Below are positions 12,113 through 22,675 of a stretch of DNA of 64,000 nt, piece after piece. Every line of letters begins with the position of its first letter. Within the stretch, counting starts at the first letter, position 1. The notes under the pieces were generated by a model. It ran no database searches and was not told the DNA's origin. It worked only from the letters and a program-made list of their open reading frames with translations. The position numbers were made by a program, and so were the translations under genes. The DNA lies in the NCBI RefSeq assembly GCF_035084215.1, contig NC_090331.1:72664001-72728000 (forward strand), written 5' to 3'. This DNA comes from Heptranchias perlo (taxonomy: Eukaryota).

Positions 12113-12160
12113 CCTTTAAATAGAGCTCCACCATCACTCAGACGTCACTGCGCATGCGCA
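12113..12160 (-). promoter_or_regulatory. Putative internal promoter of the Harbinger Myb gene
   Basis: TATTTAAAG about 50 nt upstream of the ATG; CRE-like GACGTCA 12141-12147; perfect NRF1-type palindrome TGCGCATGCGCA 12149-12160. Confidence 0.5.
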
Positions 12161-12776
12161 GGCCGCCGACGCGCAGCTGAGCAGTGGAAAACCCGTAACC
12201 ACAGGTAAATGACTTCAATTATCCTGTGATCGCACGGGGGATGCACTCATTTCACCGGGCGCGTTACCCACGCGCCCGATAGCCCCCCCGCCGGGAACCC
12301 GCAGGCCTGCTAACATCGGGCCCTTGATTTTACTATCCTGTGTGACCTGAAATCCTTCCCCCCAATCCCTACCATTGGAAAGCTGGCTCCAAGAATTGGA
12401 TTTGTCTTTTACACCAAGTATTTCTCTTCCCCCTCAAAGTCTAAACTTTACAGAAACCCTTCTACCATCTGAAATGAAAACCGGACTTTTGTCTCATGGT
12501 AATTATGTATCTTTTTAAAAAAATAATTAAATTGAAATTGAATGAGGATTTATCATGGTTTCTGCAACATACAAGGTGGCCAATCAACTTCTCTGGTTGA
12601 ATAACTTTGATCTGCCGTTATTTAAGAGGATGTGAATGTATACATAATGTGAGAAACAATTGGGGAACATGTATGTTTGTGAGATGACGCAGCCGAGCAA
12701 GGAAACACATATCCCAGCTCGTATTGATATTGGTGTACCTTTCGATTCATAGCTAAGTATAATAAATTCCCTAAAT

Positions 12777-13220
12777 CAAAAGCAAAATACTGCGGATGCT
12801 GGAAATCTGAAATAAAAACAGAAAATGCTGGAGAAACTCAGCAAGTCAGGCAGCATCTGTGGAGAAAGAAACAGAGTTAATGTTTCAGGTCGATGACCCT
12901 TCGTCAGAACTGGAAGAAGTTAAAGATTTAACAGTTTTTAAGCAAGCACAGAGCCAGGGAAAGGTGGGGAGGGAGAAAGGAGAGGGGAGGAAAGAACAAA
13001 AGGGAGGGTCTGTGATAGGGTGGAGGGCAGGAGTGATTAAATGACAAAAGGGATGATGGTGCAAGGCAAGGAGGGTGGTAATGGGACAAGTAAAGAATCA
13101 AAAGATGAGTCTAGAGGAGCTGTAAAAATCATAACCACTGCTCCCATTTTTTCGGATGGCAGGTGCTGGTAATGGTTCTGCTGTTGCCATTTACAGCTCC
13201 TCTACACCCATCTTTTGTTT
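12777..13220 (-). mobile_element. Non-autonomous Penelope-like fragment (second family) with hammerhead motif and terminal inversion
   Basis: Hammerhead-like core at 12875-12911; purine-rich body; 28-bp inverted repeat 13099-13126 / 13190-13217. Confidence 0.6.
12875..12911 (-). ncRNA. Minimal type I hammerhead ribozyme motif (stem III palindrome probably CpG-decayed)
   Basis: AGTT CTGACGA A GGGTC ATC GACCT GAAA CA TT AACT: stem I AGTT/AACT, stem II GGTC/GACC, conserved CUGANGA and GAAA boxes. Confidence 0.65.
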
Positions 13221-14683
13221 CTGGCAGCTGCCATGGTTCCTTCATTATGCACGAATCCATTATCCCGGCCCTCTTTCACGCACAAGACATACTTAAGGGC
13301 TGACTCCTTAGAGACAAGGGATACCCCCTGCAAATGCGACTCATGACACCTCTGAGGAACCCCACCAATGAAGCACAGCAGCGGTACAATGACAGTCACA
13401 TCACCACTAGATCTATCATTAAAGAAGCCTTAGGAATGCTGAAGATGCGCTTCCGGTGCCTGGATCGATCTGGGGGAGCCCTTCAGTATTCACCAGCAAG
13501 GGTGTGCAGAATAATAGTCATGTGTTGCGTCCTGCTCAACATCGCTCAACAGAGTGGATTACAAGTGAAGGAACTCCAATGTGCTCGTGAAGCATCCGCA
13601 CCTGCCAGCAGAATTGAAGAAGACAATGAGGAGGAGGAGGAGGACGAAGATGGGGAACCTATCGCCAGAGCAGCGGTGCACATTGCTGCACATGGCTGCT
13701 TGTGATGTCACGGAGTCACTCATATCTAACACTCATATCATAAAGAGATCTTCAAACTGAAGATAGTGAACTACTCAGGCCGCCTGGAACAACCACCACC
13801 ACCACCAACACCAGCCTCCCTCCCTTCCATTTGCACAAAACAGTCCTTCAACCATGCATACACCCATTGTCAACACATCCAATGGGTGGCATCAAGCCTT
13901 GGTGTTCATAATGAAACACATGAAAGGGCTCTTTTACAAAAGGGACTCAAGAATGGACAAAACGTGGCAGTGGTGGTGACAATAGTAACATTTAATGTGC
14001 AGGTAAGAAGAAACAAATATAAATGAAAAACATGACATTGCATCAGACACCCTTGTGCATCCCCTTGGTGATCACAAAACTTTGCCTTCCTCTTCCTATT
14101 GCTTCTCTGTGTTGCATCCCCTGTGGCTTCAGCAGAGGTAGTGGCAGGTTGCTCAGATCCCTGCCCTGACTGCTGAGATGCTCTTGCCTATGGCCTCTGG
14201 ATTTTGGAGCCCGTGAGGGCCCCACCAAAGACTGCTGCGCCTGCACCTGTGCAGGGGCAGACATGGCCATTGGGAGAAGAGGCAGCATTGTGGGAACTAG
14301 TTGAGGGGGGAGCAACGGGTGAGATGTGGGAGCACTTTGAGTCTCCACTTCCATGTCCCCTTTCGCCATCATCCCTCTCCTGGGCCAACGCCACATCACT
14401 CCTACCACCCTGCTGGACAAGAGCTTGGAGCAGATCTGTGACGTGTTCTAAGGCCACGGCTAAAATGTCTGTCTCCTAGAACATAAGAACATAAGAACAT
14501 AAGAAATTGGAGCAGGAGTAGGCCAATCGGCCCCTCGAGCCTGCTCCGCCATTCAATAAGATCATGGCTGATCTGATCCCAACCACAAATCTAAAGAACA
14601 CAAGAAGTCGGAGCAGGACCCGGCCACATAGCCCCTGGGCCCTCTCCGCCACCCACAGGGCATTGACCGATCCGAACTCAGCT

Positions 14684-17515
14684 TCATGTCCAATTTCCTG
14701 CCCGCTCCCCATAACCCCTAATTCCCTTTACTTCTAGGAAACTGTCTATTTCTGTTTTAAATTTATCTAATGATGTAGCTTCCACAGCTTCCTGGGGCAG
14801 CAAATTCCACAGACCTACCACCCTCTGAGTGAAGAAGTTTCTCCTCATCTCAGTTTTGAAAGAGCAGCCCCTTATTCTAAGATTATGCCCCCTAGTTCTA
14901 GTTTCACCCATCTTTGGGAACATCCTTACTGCATCCACCCGATCAAGACCCTTCACAATCTTATATGTTTCAATAAGATCACCTCTCATTCTTCTGAACT
15001 CCAATGAGTAGAGTCTCAATCTACTCAACCTCTCCTCATATGTCCGCCCCCTCATCCCCGGGATTAACCGAGTGAACCTTCTTTGTACTGCCTCGAGAGC
15101 AAGTATGTCTTTTCTTAAGTATGGAGACCAAAACTGTATGCAGTATTCCAGGTGCGGTCTCACCAATACCTTATATAACTGCAGCAATACCTCCTTGTTT
15201 TTATATTCTATCCCCCTAGCAATAAAAGCCAACATTCCGTTGGCTTTCTTGATCACCTGCTGCACCTGCATACCAACTTTTTGATTTTCTTGCACTAGGA
15301 CCCCCAGATCCCTTTGTACTGCAGTACTTTCCAGTCTCTCGCCATTAAGAAAATAACTTGCTCTCTGATTTTTCCTGCCAAAGTGCATAACCTCACATTT
15401 TCCAATATTATATTGCATCTGCCAAATCTCCGCCCACTCACCCAGCCTGTCTATATCCCCTTGCAGGTTTTTTATGTCCTCCTCACTCTCTACTTTCCCT
15501 CCCATCTTTGTATCATCTGCAAATTTTGATATGTTGCACTCGGTCCCCTCCTCCAAATCGTTAATATAGATTGTAAAGAGTTGGGGACCCAGCACCGACC
15601 CCTGTGGAACACCACTGGTTACTGGTTGCCAGTCCGAAAATGAACCATTTATCCCAACTCTCTGCTTCCTGTTTGATAACCAATCCTCCACCCATGCCAG
15701 AATATTACCCCCAATCCCGTGATTTTTTATCTTAAGTAATAATGCCTTCTGGAAGTCTAAATACACTACGTCCACTGGTTCCCCTTTATCCACCCTATAC
15801 GTTATATCCTCGAAGAACTCAAGCAAATTTGTCAGACATGACTTCCCCTTCATAAAGCCATGCTGACTTTGTCCTATTAAATTATGCTTATCTAAATGTT
15901 CCGTTACTGTCTCCTTAATAATAGACTCCAAAATTTTACCCACCACAGATGTTAAGCTAACTGGCCTATAATTTCCAGCCTTCTGCCTACTACCCTTTTT
16001 AAATAACGGTGTTACATTAGCAGTTTTCCAATCTGCCGGGACCTCTCCTGAGTCCAGGGAATTTTGGAAAACTATCACCAAAGCATCCACAATCCCTACT
16101 GCCACTTCCCTCAAGACCCTAGGATGGAAGCCATCAGGTCCAGGGGATTTATCCGCCTTGAGTCCCATTATTTTACTGAGTACCATCTCTTGAGTGATTT
16201 TAATCGTATTTAGCTCCTCCCCCCCGAGAGTCCCCTGTTTGTCCAGTGTTGGGATATTCTTAGTGTCCTCTACTGTAAAGACTGAAACAAAATATTTGTT
16301 CAGCATTTTTGCCATCTCCATGTTTCCCACCATTAATTTCCCGGTCTCATCCTCTAAGGGACCTATGTTTGCCTTAGCCACCCTTTTTCTTTTTATATAA
16401 CTATAGAAACTCTTGCTATCTGTTTTTATATTTTTTGCTAATTTCTTTTCATAATCTAACTTCCCTTTCTTAATCAATCCTTTAGTTACTTTTTGCTGTC
16501 TTTTGAAGAATTCCCAATCTTCTATCCTTCCACTAAGTTTGGCTACCTTATATGTCCTTGTTTTTAGTCGGATACTATCCTTGATTTCTTTACTTAGCCA
16601 CGGGTGGCTGTCATTTCTTTTACACCCTTTTTTCCTCAGTGGAATATATTTATTTTGAAAGTTGTAAAATAACTCCCTAAATGAACACCACTGCTCATGT
16701 ACCGTCTTACCCTTTAATCTATTTTCCCAGTCCACTTTAATCAATTCCGCTCTCATACCATCATAGTCTCCTTTATTCAAGCTCAGTACGCTTGTTTGAG
16801 AATCAACCTTCTCACCCTCTAATTGGATATGGAATTCAACCATGTTGTGGTTGCTCGTTCCAAGGGGATCCTTAACTAGGACATTATTAATTAATCCTGA
16901 CTCATTACACAGGACCAGGTCCAAGGTTGCCTGCCCCCTTGTAGGATCAGTTACATACTGCTCAAGAAATCCATCCCTGATGCACTCAATGAACTCGTCC
17001 TCAAGGCTGCTCTGCCCAATTTGATTTGTCCAGTTAATATGATAATTAAAATCCCCCATAATTATGGCTGTTCCCTTATTACATGCCCCGACTATCTCCT
17101 GATTAATACTTCTTCCAGCAGAGTTGCAACTATTAGGAGGCCTATATACTACGCCCACTAATGTTTTTTTTCCCTTATTATTCCTTATCTCCACCCAAAC
17201 TGTTTCATTATCTTGATGCTTTGTCCCAATATCACTTCTCTGTATTACAGTGATTCCTTCCTTTATTAACATAGCCACCCCACCTCCCCTTCCTTCCTGC
17301 CTGTCCTTCCTGATTGTTAAATACCCTGGCATATTTAATTCCCAGTCGTTGTCACCCTGCAGCCATGTTTCTGTAATGGCCACAAGATCATACCCATACG
17401 TAGTTATTTGTGCCGTTAACTCGTCCATTTTATTACGAATGCTACGTGCATTCAGATAAAGAACTTTCAAATCTGTTTTGTGACGCTTAGTTCCTGCTTT
17501 TTCCTTTTTTAACAC
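14684..17515 (-). CDS. CR1 ORF2 (APE endonuclease + reverse transcriptase), 943 aa, with an 8-aa in-frame deletion in the RT
   Basis: [35 protein letters not shown]. Reads DFQKA-LLLK where the sister copy has [17 protein letters not shown]. Confidence 0.92.
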   Translation of the reverse strand: MLKKEKAGTKRHKTDLKVLYLNARSIRNKMDELTAQITTYGYDLVAITETWLQGDNDWELNMPGYLTIRKDRQEGRGGGVAMLIKEGITVIQRSDIGTKHQDNETVWVEIRNNKGKKTLVGVVYRPPNSCNSAGRSINQEIVGACNKGTAIIMGDFNYHINWTNQIGQSSLEDEFIECIRDGFLEQYVTDPTRGQATLDLVLCNESGLINNVLVKDPLGTSNHNMVEFHIQLEGEKVDSQTSVLSLNKGDYDGMRAELIKVDWENRLKGKTVHEQWCSFRELFYNFQNKYIPLRKKGCKRNDSHPWLSKEIKDSIRLKTRTYKVAKLSGRIEDWEFFKRQQKVTKGLIKKGKLDYEKKLAKNIKTDSKSFYSYIKRKRVAKANIGPLEDETGKLMVGNMEMAKMLNKYFVSVFTVEDTKNIPTLDKQGTLGGEELNTIKITQEMVLSKIMGLKADKSPGPDGFHPRVLREVAVGIVDALVIVFQNSLDSGEVPADWKTANVTPLFKKGSRQKAGNYRPVSLTSVVGKILESIIKETVTEHLDKHNLIGQSQHGFMKGKSCLTNLLEFFEDITYRVDKGEPVDVVYLDFQKALLLKIKNHGIGGNILAWVEDWLSNRKQRVGINGSFSDWQPVTSGVPQGSVLGPQLFTIYINDLEEGTECNISKFADDTKMGGKVESEEDIKNLQGDIDRLGEWAEIWQMQYNIGKCEVMHFGRKNQRASYFLNGERLESTAVQRDLGVLVQENQKVGMQVQQVIKKANGMLAFIARGIEYKNKEVLLQLYKVLVRPHLEYCIQFWSPYLRKDILALEAVQRRFTRLIPGMRGRTYEERLSRLRLYSLEFRRMRGDLIETYKIVKGLDRVDAVRMFPKMGETRTRGHNLRIRGCSFKTEMRRNFFTQRVVGLWNLLPQEAVEATSLDKFKTEIDSFLEVKGIRGYGERAGNWT

Positions 17516-17598
17516 TTTACCTATTACTCCATACCTTCTGTCCCTTCCTGTTACGCTTTCCTCTCTCTCCCTGCTCAGGTTCCCAACCCCCTGCCACT

Positions 17599-18033
17599 TT
17601 AGTTTAAACCCTCCCCAACAGCACTAGCAAACACTCCTCCTAGGACAGCGGTCCCGGCCCTGCCCAGGTGCAGACCGTCCGGTTTGTACTGGTCCCACCT
17701 CCCCCAGAACCGTTTCCAGTGTCCCAGGAATTTGAATCCCTCCCCCTTGCACCATTCCTCTAGCCACGTATTCATTTGAAATATCCTCCTATTTCTACTC
17801 TGACTAGCACGTGGCACTGGCAGCAATCCTGAGATTACTACCTTTGAGGTCCTATTTTTTAATTTACCTCCTAACTCCCTATATTCTGCTTTTAGGACCT
17901 CATCCCCTTTTTTACCTATATCGTTGGTGCCTATGTGCACCACGACAGCTGGTTGTTCGCCCTCCCCCTCCAAAATGTTCTGTAGCCGCTCCGAGACATC
18001 CTTGATCCTTGCACCAGGGAGGCAACACACCAT
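17599..18033 (-). CDS. CR1 ORF1 C-terminal SGNH/GDSL esterase domain (5'-truncated)
   Basis: CLPGA, VVVHIGTND, DGLHL motifs directly upstream of ORF2. Confidence 0.85.
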   Translation of the reverse strand: MVCCLPGARIKDVSERLQNILEGEGEQPAVVVHIGTNDIGKKGDEVLKAEYRELGGKLKNRTSKVVISGLLPVPRASQSRNRRIFQMNTWLEEWCKGEGFKFLGHWKRFWGRWDQYKPDGLHLGRAGTAVLGGVFASAVGEGLN

Positions 18034-19718
18034 CCTTGTTTAAGGCGGCAGACAACTTGGCATCCAAAGTCCGGACAGCTGTTGTCATGGCCTGAATGGA
18101 CTCAATTGCGAGCCGTGCTTGAAGGTCAATGGAGGCTGACATTCTCTCCATAGCAGACACCCCCACACTTACCAGTGCCACCATTCCACTAATGCTGGAG
18201 GTGGACTCCTCCATGCTCTCCGCTATTGTGGAGAGAGTGCATGGCACATTTTCCAGTACCTCACAAAGGTGCAGCTGTACGTCTATCATTCTCATTCTCA
18301 ACAATGGACACCAGGGTTCAGCATCTGTGTCCAGCTGAGCAGAGCTTGGAAAGGAGTGCGTCCACTGACACGGACACTCCACAGCTGCCCCTGCCACCAG
18401 TGACTGCTTGTGCTCACTTGTAAGTGGTGAATCACCAGTTGATAACCCAACTATCTGTCTAACAGGACCCACCGAGGTGCCAGTATCTGTGCTGGTGCAT
18501 AGCTGGATATGATGTGATGGTGCACCCTCAGAGGAATGGAACTCCTCTGAGGAATAGCCATCTTCTATGGCGCGTGCCTCCTCATCAATCCGTGAAGGCC
18601 CTGGAAGAGAACATAAAGCAATATTAACAATCATCGTAGAAGTTAGTTTGCAATGAACAAACTGAGGTGTGCAACAGGTCAATCATTGATAACATCAATT
18701 CATCATGTGCGGCAAGGACGTTAAAGTTCTGTCACCAGCTGTTTTTGGGTCACCAGTTTCGCCATCTCCGACAGCCAGGCATTCAACCCTGCGGCTGAGA
18801 TCCACGCCACCTCCTCTTCCTCTGTCAGGACAACTAGTTGTAGTGGGCCCCCCTCCGGTCCTACTCCTCTCCCATGCATTTTGCGCTCACTTATCCTTCA
18901 AGGGGAGAAAGAACAGACTTGTGAGTGAGTGAAGGTGACGTGGTCACCCAGTGAATGCATTGCTTTGGGTGAGGATACCAATGAAACAGATGCATCAGAG
19001 GGTGAGTATCAGACAGATTCATCACATTGCATCAGGATTGGGGTGAGTGGGAGTGGTGGGTTCACAAATGGGGAGATGAGGAAGCGCACAGAAAGTGAAG
19101 GTAAGTTGATAATGAGACTTAAGTGGGTGTGAGGAGTGATGTGATGGAGTAGGCTTGGCAAGACAGAGTGAGAGGGGGGTAATGTATACCACATGATGTA
19201 GGTGAATCAGTAACTGTACTCTCTTTTCCTGACCTGGTCAGGTCATTAAAGCCTTTCCTGCACTGCACCCACGACCTTGCCATCGTGCTCCTGCTGCTCA
19301 GTTCCTCTGCCATCTCATGCCAGGCCTTCAGGGTGGCAGAGGCAGGACACTTCCTCCGATCAGCTGGGTACAGTATCTCCCTCCTGCTCCTCACCCCAGC
19401 CAGTAGCAACTCAAGCGAAGAGTCGTTAAACTGCGGTGCTGCCTTAGTCCTTTGATGCTGCATCTCTGCACATTCCACCTTTCTCCTTCAAAATCCATGG
19501 TTGCAATGGCCTTTTAAATACTCCAGTTCCCAGCACGTCATTCGGGTTTGCAGTACGGCCCAATGCGCAGCTTGGAGACGTGAAACCCGAAAGTTACATT
19601 AAGAGCCTTCAATTTAGTCACAATCACTCGCGCCGACGTATGGACATTTTTTCTGGGTTTCCCATGTGACTATTCACTCACCCGCTGAGTTCCTGCTGTC
19701 ATGTTAAAATTATGCCCC

Positions 19719-20125
19719 TTGTCTCTGAGTCAGAAAAGTATGGGTTCAAACCTCACTCCTGTTCTTGAGCACATAATCTAGGCAGACACTTCAGTGCAGT
19801 AATGAGGGATTGGTTCATTGTCAAAGGTGCTGTCTGTCAGATGAGATGTTAAACTGAGGTCCCATCTGTTTGTTGAGGTGGAACAGCCTGCATGGCAGGG
19901 AGTTCTCCCAGTGTCCTGGCCAACATTCCTCCTTCAACCAACATCACTAAACCAGATTATCTGGTCATTTATCTCATTTGCTGTTTGTGAGACCTAGCTG
20001 TACACAAGATTGTTTCTGAGTTTGTCTACAAAACAACCATGACTACACTTCAAAAATAATTAATTGGCTGTAAAGCCCTTTGGCACATCCTGAGGATGTG
20101 AAATGTTCTATACAAATGCAAGTTC
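19719..20125 (+). mobile_element. tRNA-derived SINE (DeuSINE/SacSINE1-like), head truncated
   Basis: B-box-like GGGTTCAAACC, central gatgagatgttaaactgaggtccc, tail ctatacaaatgcaagt; inverse copy at 31610-31975. Family name is from recall, not a search. Confidence 0.7.
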
Positions 20126-20177
20126 ATTAATTTGTTGTGCAACTTTTTGTAGTTTAAAAGAAAATTAGTAGATATTA

Positions 20178-21700
20178 GGCTGGATTTTTCTCCGATTGGT
20201 GGGTTAGCAGTGGTTTGAGACATCAGCTTGTCCATGTGACTCCAGTGCTAACCTATTGCTTTTTCCTATAATGCCTTCCATTGTGTAAGCATGGTGGGTT
20301 TGCAGTGTTGAGACCATTGGTCCTTGGCTTACCACCTCTGGCAGGGGTTGGGGGGGTGGGGGGAATCATGTTATGCTGCAGTACTTTAAATGCTGCCATT
20401 GATTAAAGGGCCGTTTGCTTTTTGTCGATGTTGGAACCACACCAAAGCAATGGAAAGACTGTAGGAATGACTGAAGGAGAAGCATCCTCTGGGGGACGGG
20501 AGGGGAGGGGGAGGTTCAGCAGCAACAACTGGCCCCAAGGCTTTCTGATACAGTTGTGGATTCTGCTCCCTGAAGTGAGGACGAGAAGTTACTGACTCCT
20601 GGGCACTGAGAACATAAAGCCCCATAAGACTCGGGTACAAACATTATCGGGGGAGGTGGCAGAGGCTGTCAGTGCAACCTCCAGTACCCCACGACCTATC
20701 ACACAATGCAGGGAGAGATTTAATAACTTCACAATGTTTGCCAAGATAAGTGAAGGAATTATTCCCCATGCACATCCTGTAAGAGTGAAAAAAGCATGAT
20801 CCCCCCTTACCTATCATACTCTTTCTGTGCCATTTACTGGGTGAAAGGAAACCTGCACTATTCACAAGTGACTTCTGCACCTCGTTAACTCCAAAGCACT
20901 ATCCAAACCCAATTTGCCTGCCATGGTCTTAAAGAAGAGCTGTTCAATGGGAGCCGCCACCTGCAGGCATTATAATCATGGGATGGATGCAGACACCTGG
21001 GTGAATTGTAATTGCCACTCAGATTCCTTCATTGCTGTGTTCTGTCCTTGCGAAGGAAAAGGTTAAGCACAACCAGAAACAACGAAACACAATGGGAGGA
21101 GGAACACATGCTTTGTGAAGTTTGAGTGTACATGAGGAGGAAGATTTGTTGGAAGGCACACAGGTGAGGCGCTGGGAGATGGAGAAGTAAAAGTTAAGTG
21201 CCATGAGAAGGTTGGTAAAGGCAGGGCTAGAGAGAGCACAGTAAGCTTCAGATTCATGTGGAATTTCAAAGTATTTAAATAGGTATTGACGCAGCCATTG
21301 TTTTCTCAAAGAGGCATATGATTGTTTACACAGTTAAAGAAGCTTTAATGTTTTTAACATCCCAGGCAATGGCTTGGAGGAAAAGGAGAACTGGCTAGAG
21401 GAGAAGCTGGGTGCTTCAAGCTGCACAATTTCCCACCTTCACCAACTCCATAATGGCAACTTACATGCTCCGCCACCACAGACGCCCACTTGGGAGGAAG
21501 TAGTGATTCCGAAGGGATTTCACAGGATGAAGCTCCAAGCAATAGTTACAATGACGACCTGGGAGTGGAAGAGAGGGAGAGTGCCTTTCCTTCATGGAGG
21601 GTGGAGAAACAACTGCCCTCTGCTGAGAAACCTAGAGACCCAGATCTCAAGGGCTCAACCTTCACACAAATAATGATTCAGCATTATTGATCTCATAGGC
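20178..21700 (+). pseudogene. Heavily decayed Harbinger Myb/SANT gene remnant (third element)
   Basis: TIR-like GGCTGGATTTTT at 20178; fragments encoding EVAEAVSA and TQCRERFNNFT at about 20650-20745; acidic exon-3-like segment at about 21490. Boundaries uncertain. Confidence 0.45.
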
Positions 21701-21754
21701 ATGCATTGGTGATGGATATGGTTGGGATGATAGATAAGTTGGAGGAGTCTATTA

Positions 21755-22330
21755 TTTAAGATAAGAGGGAGGGAAAAGCCAGGAAACTATAGATCTGTCA
21801 TTTTAATGTCAGTTGTGGGGAAGTTACTGGAGTCCATCATCAGGGTCAGAATGACTGAGCACTTGAACAAGTGTAAGCGGATCAGAGAGAATCAGCATGG
21901 ATTTGTGAAAGGTACATCTGTCTATCTAATCTAGTTGAATTTTTTGAGGAGGTCACCAACATGGTGGACAGGGGAATGTCTGTGAATGTGGTCCATATGG
22001 ACTTCAGAAGGCATTTGATAAGGTTCCGCACAAGAGGTTGTTAGCAAGAATAAAAGCTCACGGAATTGGAGATAACCTTGCGACATGGGTTGGGAATTGG
22101 TTGGGAGGAAAGAGATAGAGACTAAGGATAAAGGGAATGTTCTCTGACTGGTGGAATGTGACAAGCGGTGTTGCCCAGGGATCTGTACTGGAGCCTCAGC
22201 TTTTTACTATATATATCAATGTCTTGGATGAAGGAATAGAGAATTATATATCCAAGTTTGCAGATGACACTAAGTTAGGAGTCTCAATAAGTTGACTATG
22301 TGGGAGCAGAAAGTTACAAAGGGGCATAAA
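21755..22330 (+). mobile_element. Decayed CR1 RT fragment
   Basis: PGNY, QHGF, NLVEFFEEVT, DFRRHL/FDKV, QGSVL, KFADDTKLG traces with frameshifts. Confidence 0.8.
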
Positions 22331-22675
22331 GATTTCATGTCCTTCACCATTCTCTTTGTGGGAGAAGCAGTCCTCATTAAATATGACTTACACTTTCAGT
22401 CGCTCTTTCATGGAATTGGTATTTTAAATTATAAATATCATGGACAAAATTTATTTCAACATTGATAGTTTTTTACTTTATAGATGCTCATTAGTTAAGA
22501 TCAATGTGGTAAAAAGTTGTGCATGAGACTCTCAGGTACCATTACTGTTTTGTACAATTTAATGAAAATCTAAAAATAAATGAATTAGGATGAGGGATAA
22601 TCAAGTAAAGGGTATTTTATTTATATTCTAAAATATGTCCACAAAACATGTAAAATCATGTTTTTCAAGAACAAT

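Larger units (their letters stand above)
8160..12323. mobile_element. Near-complete PIF/Harbinger DNA transposon (4164 bp)
   Basis: Imperfect TIRs GGGCTTGATTTTACCA / GGGCCCGATGTTAGCA, shared subterminal GCTATCGGGYGCGT, 3-bp TSD TTG (8157-8159, 12324-12326). Convergent transposase and Myb/SANT genes; GC- and CpG-rich relative to flanks. Confidence 0.88.
14478..18036 (-). mobile_element. Young 5'-truncated CR1 LINE (partial ORF1, full-length ORF2 frame, 3' UTR, (TTCTTATG)n tail)
   Basis: Tail agaacataagaacataag at 14478; ORF1 SGNH-esterase part 17599-18033; inserted into the Myb gene of Harbinger copy 2 with tcct junction microhomology. Confidence 0.95.
13221..19718. mobile_element. Second, decayed and left-truncated Harbinger element split by a CR1 insertion
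   Basis: Transposase C-terminal remnant 13221-13705 (+) (LMTPLRNP...[13 protein letters not shown]); Myb gene remnants 14043-14477 and 18037-19478 (-) (WVQCRKGFNDL); right TIR TAAAATTATGCCCC ending 19718. Confidence 0.85.

Noticed and set aside
17912-18682. 256-aa ORF as a novel fusion gene
   Set aside because: Chance read-through from decayed Harbinger Myb exon 3 into an alternative frame of the inserted CR1 ORF1.
19719-19760. tRNA gene
   Set aside because: B-box-like sequence is a SINE head; no cloverleaf.
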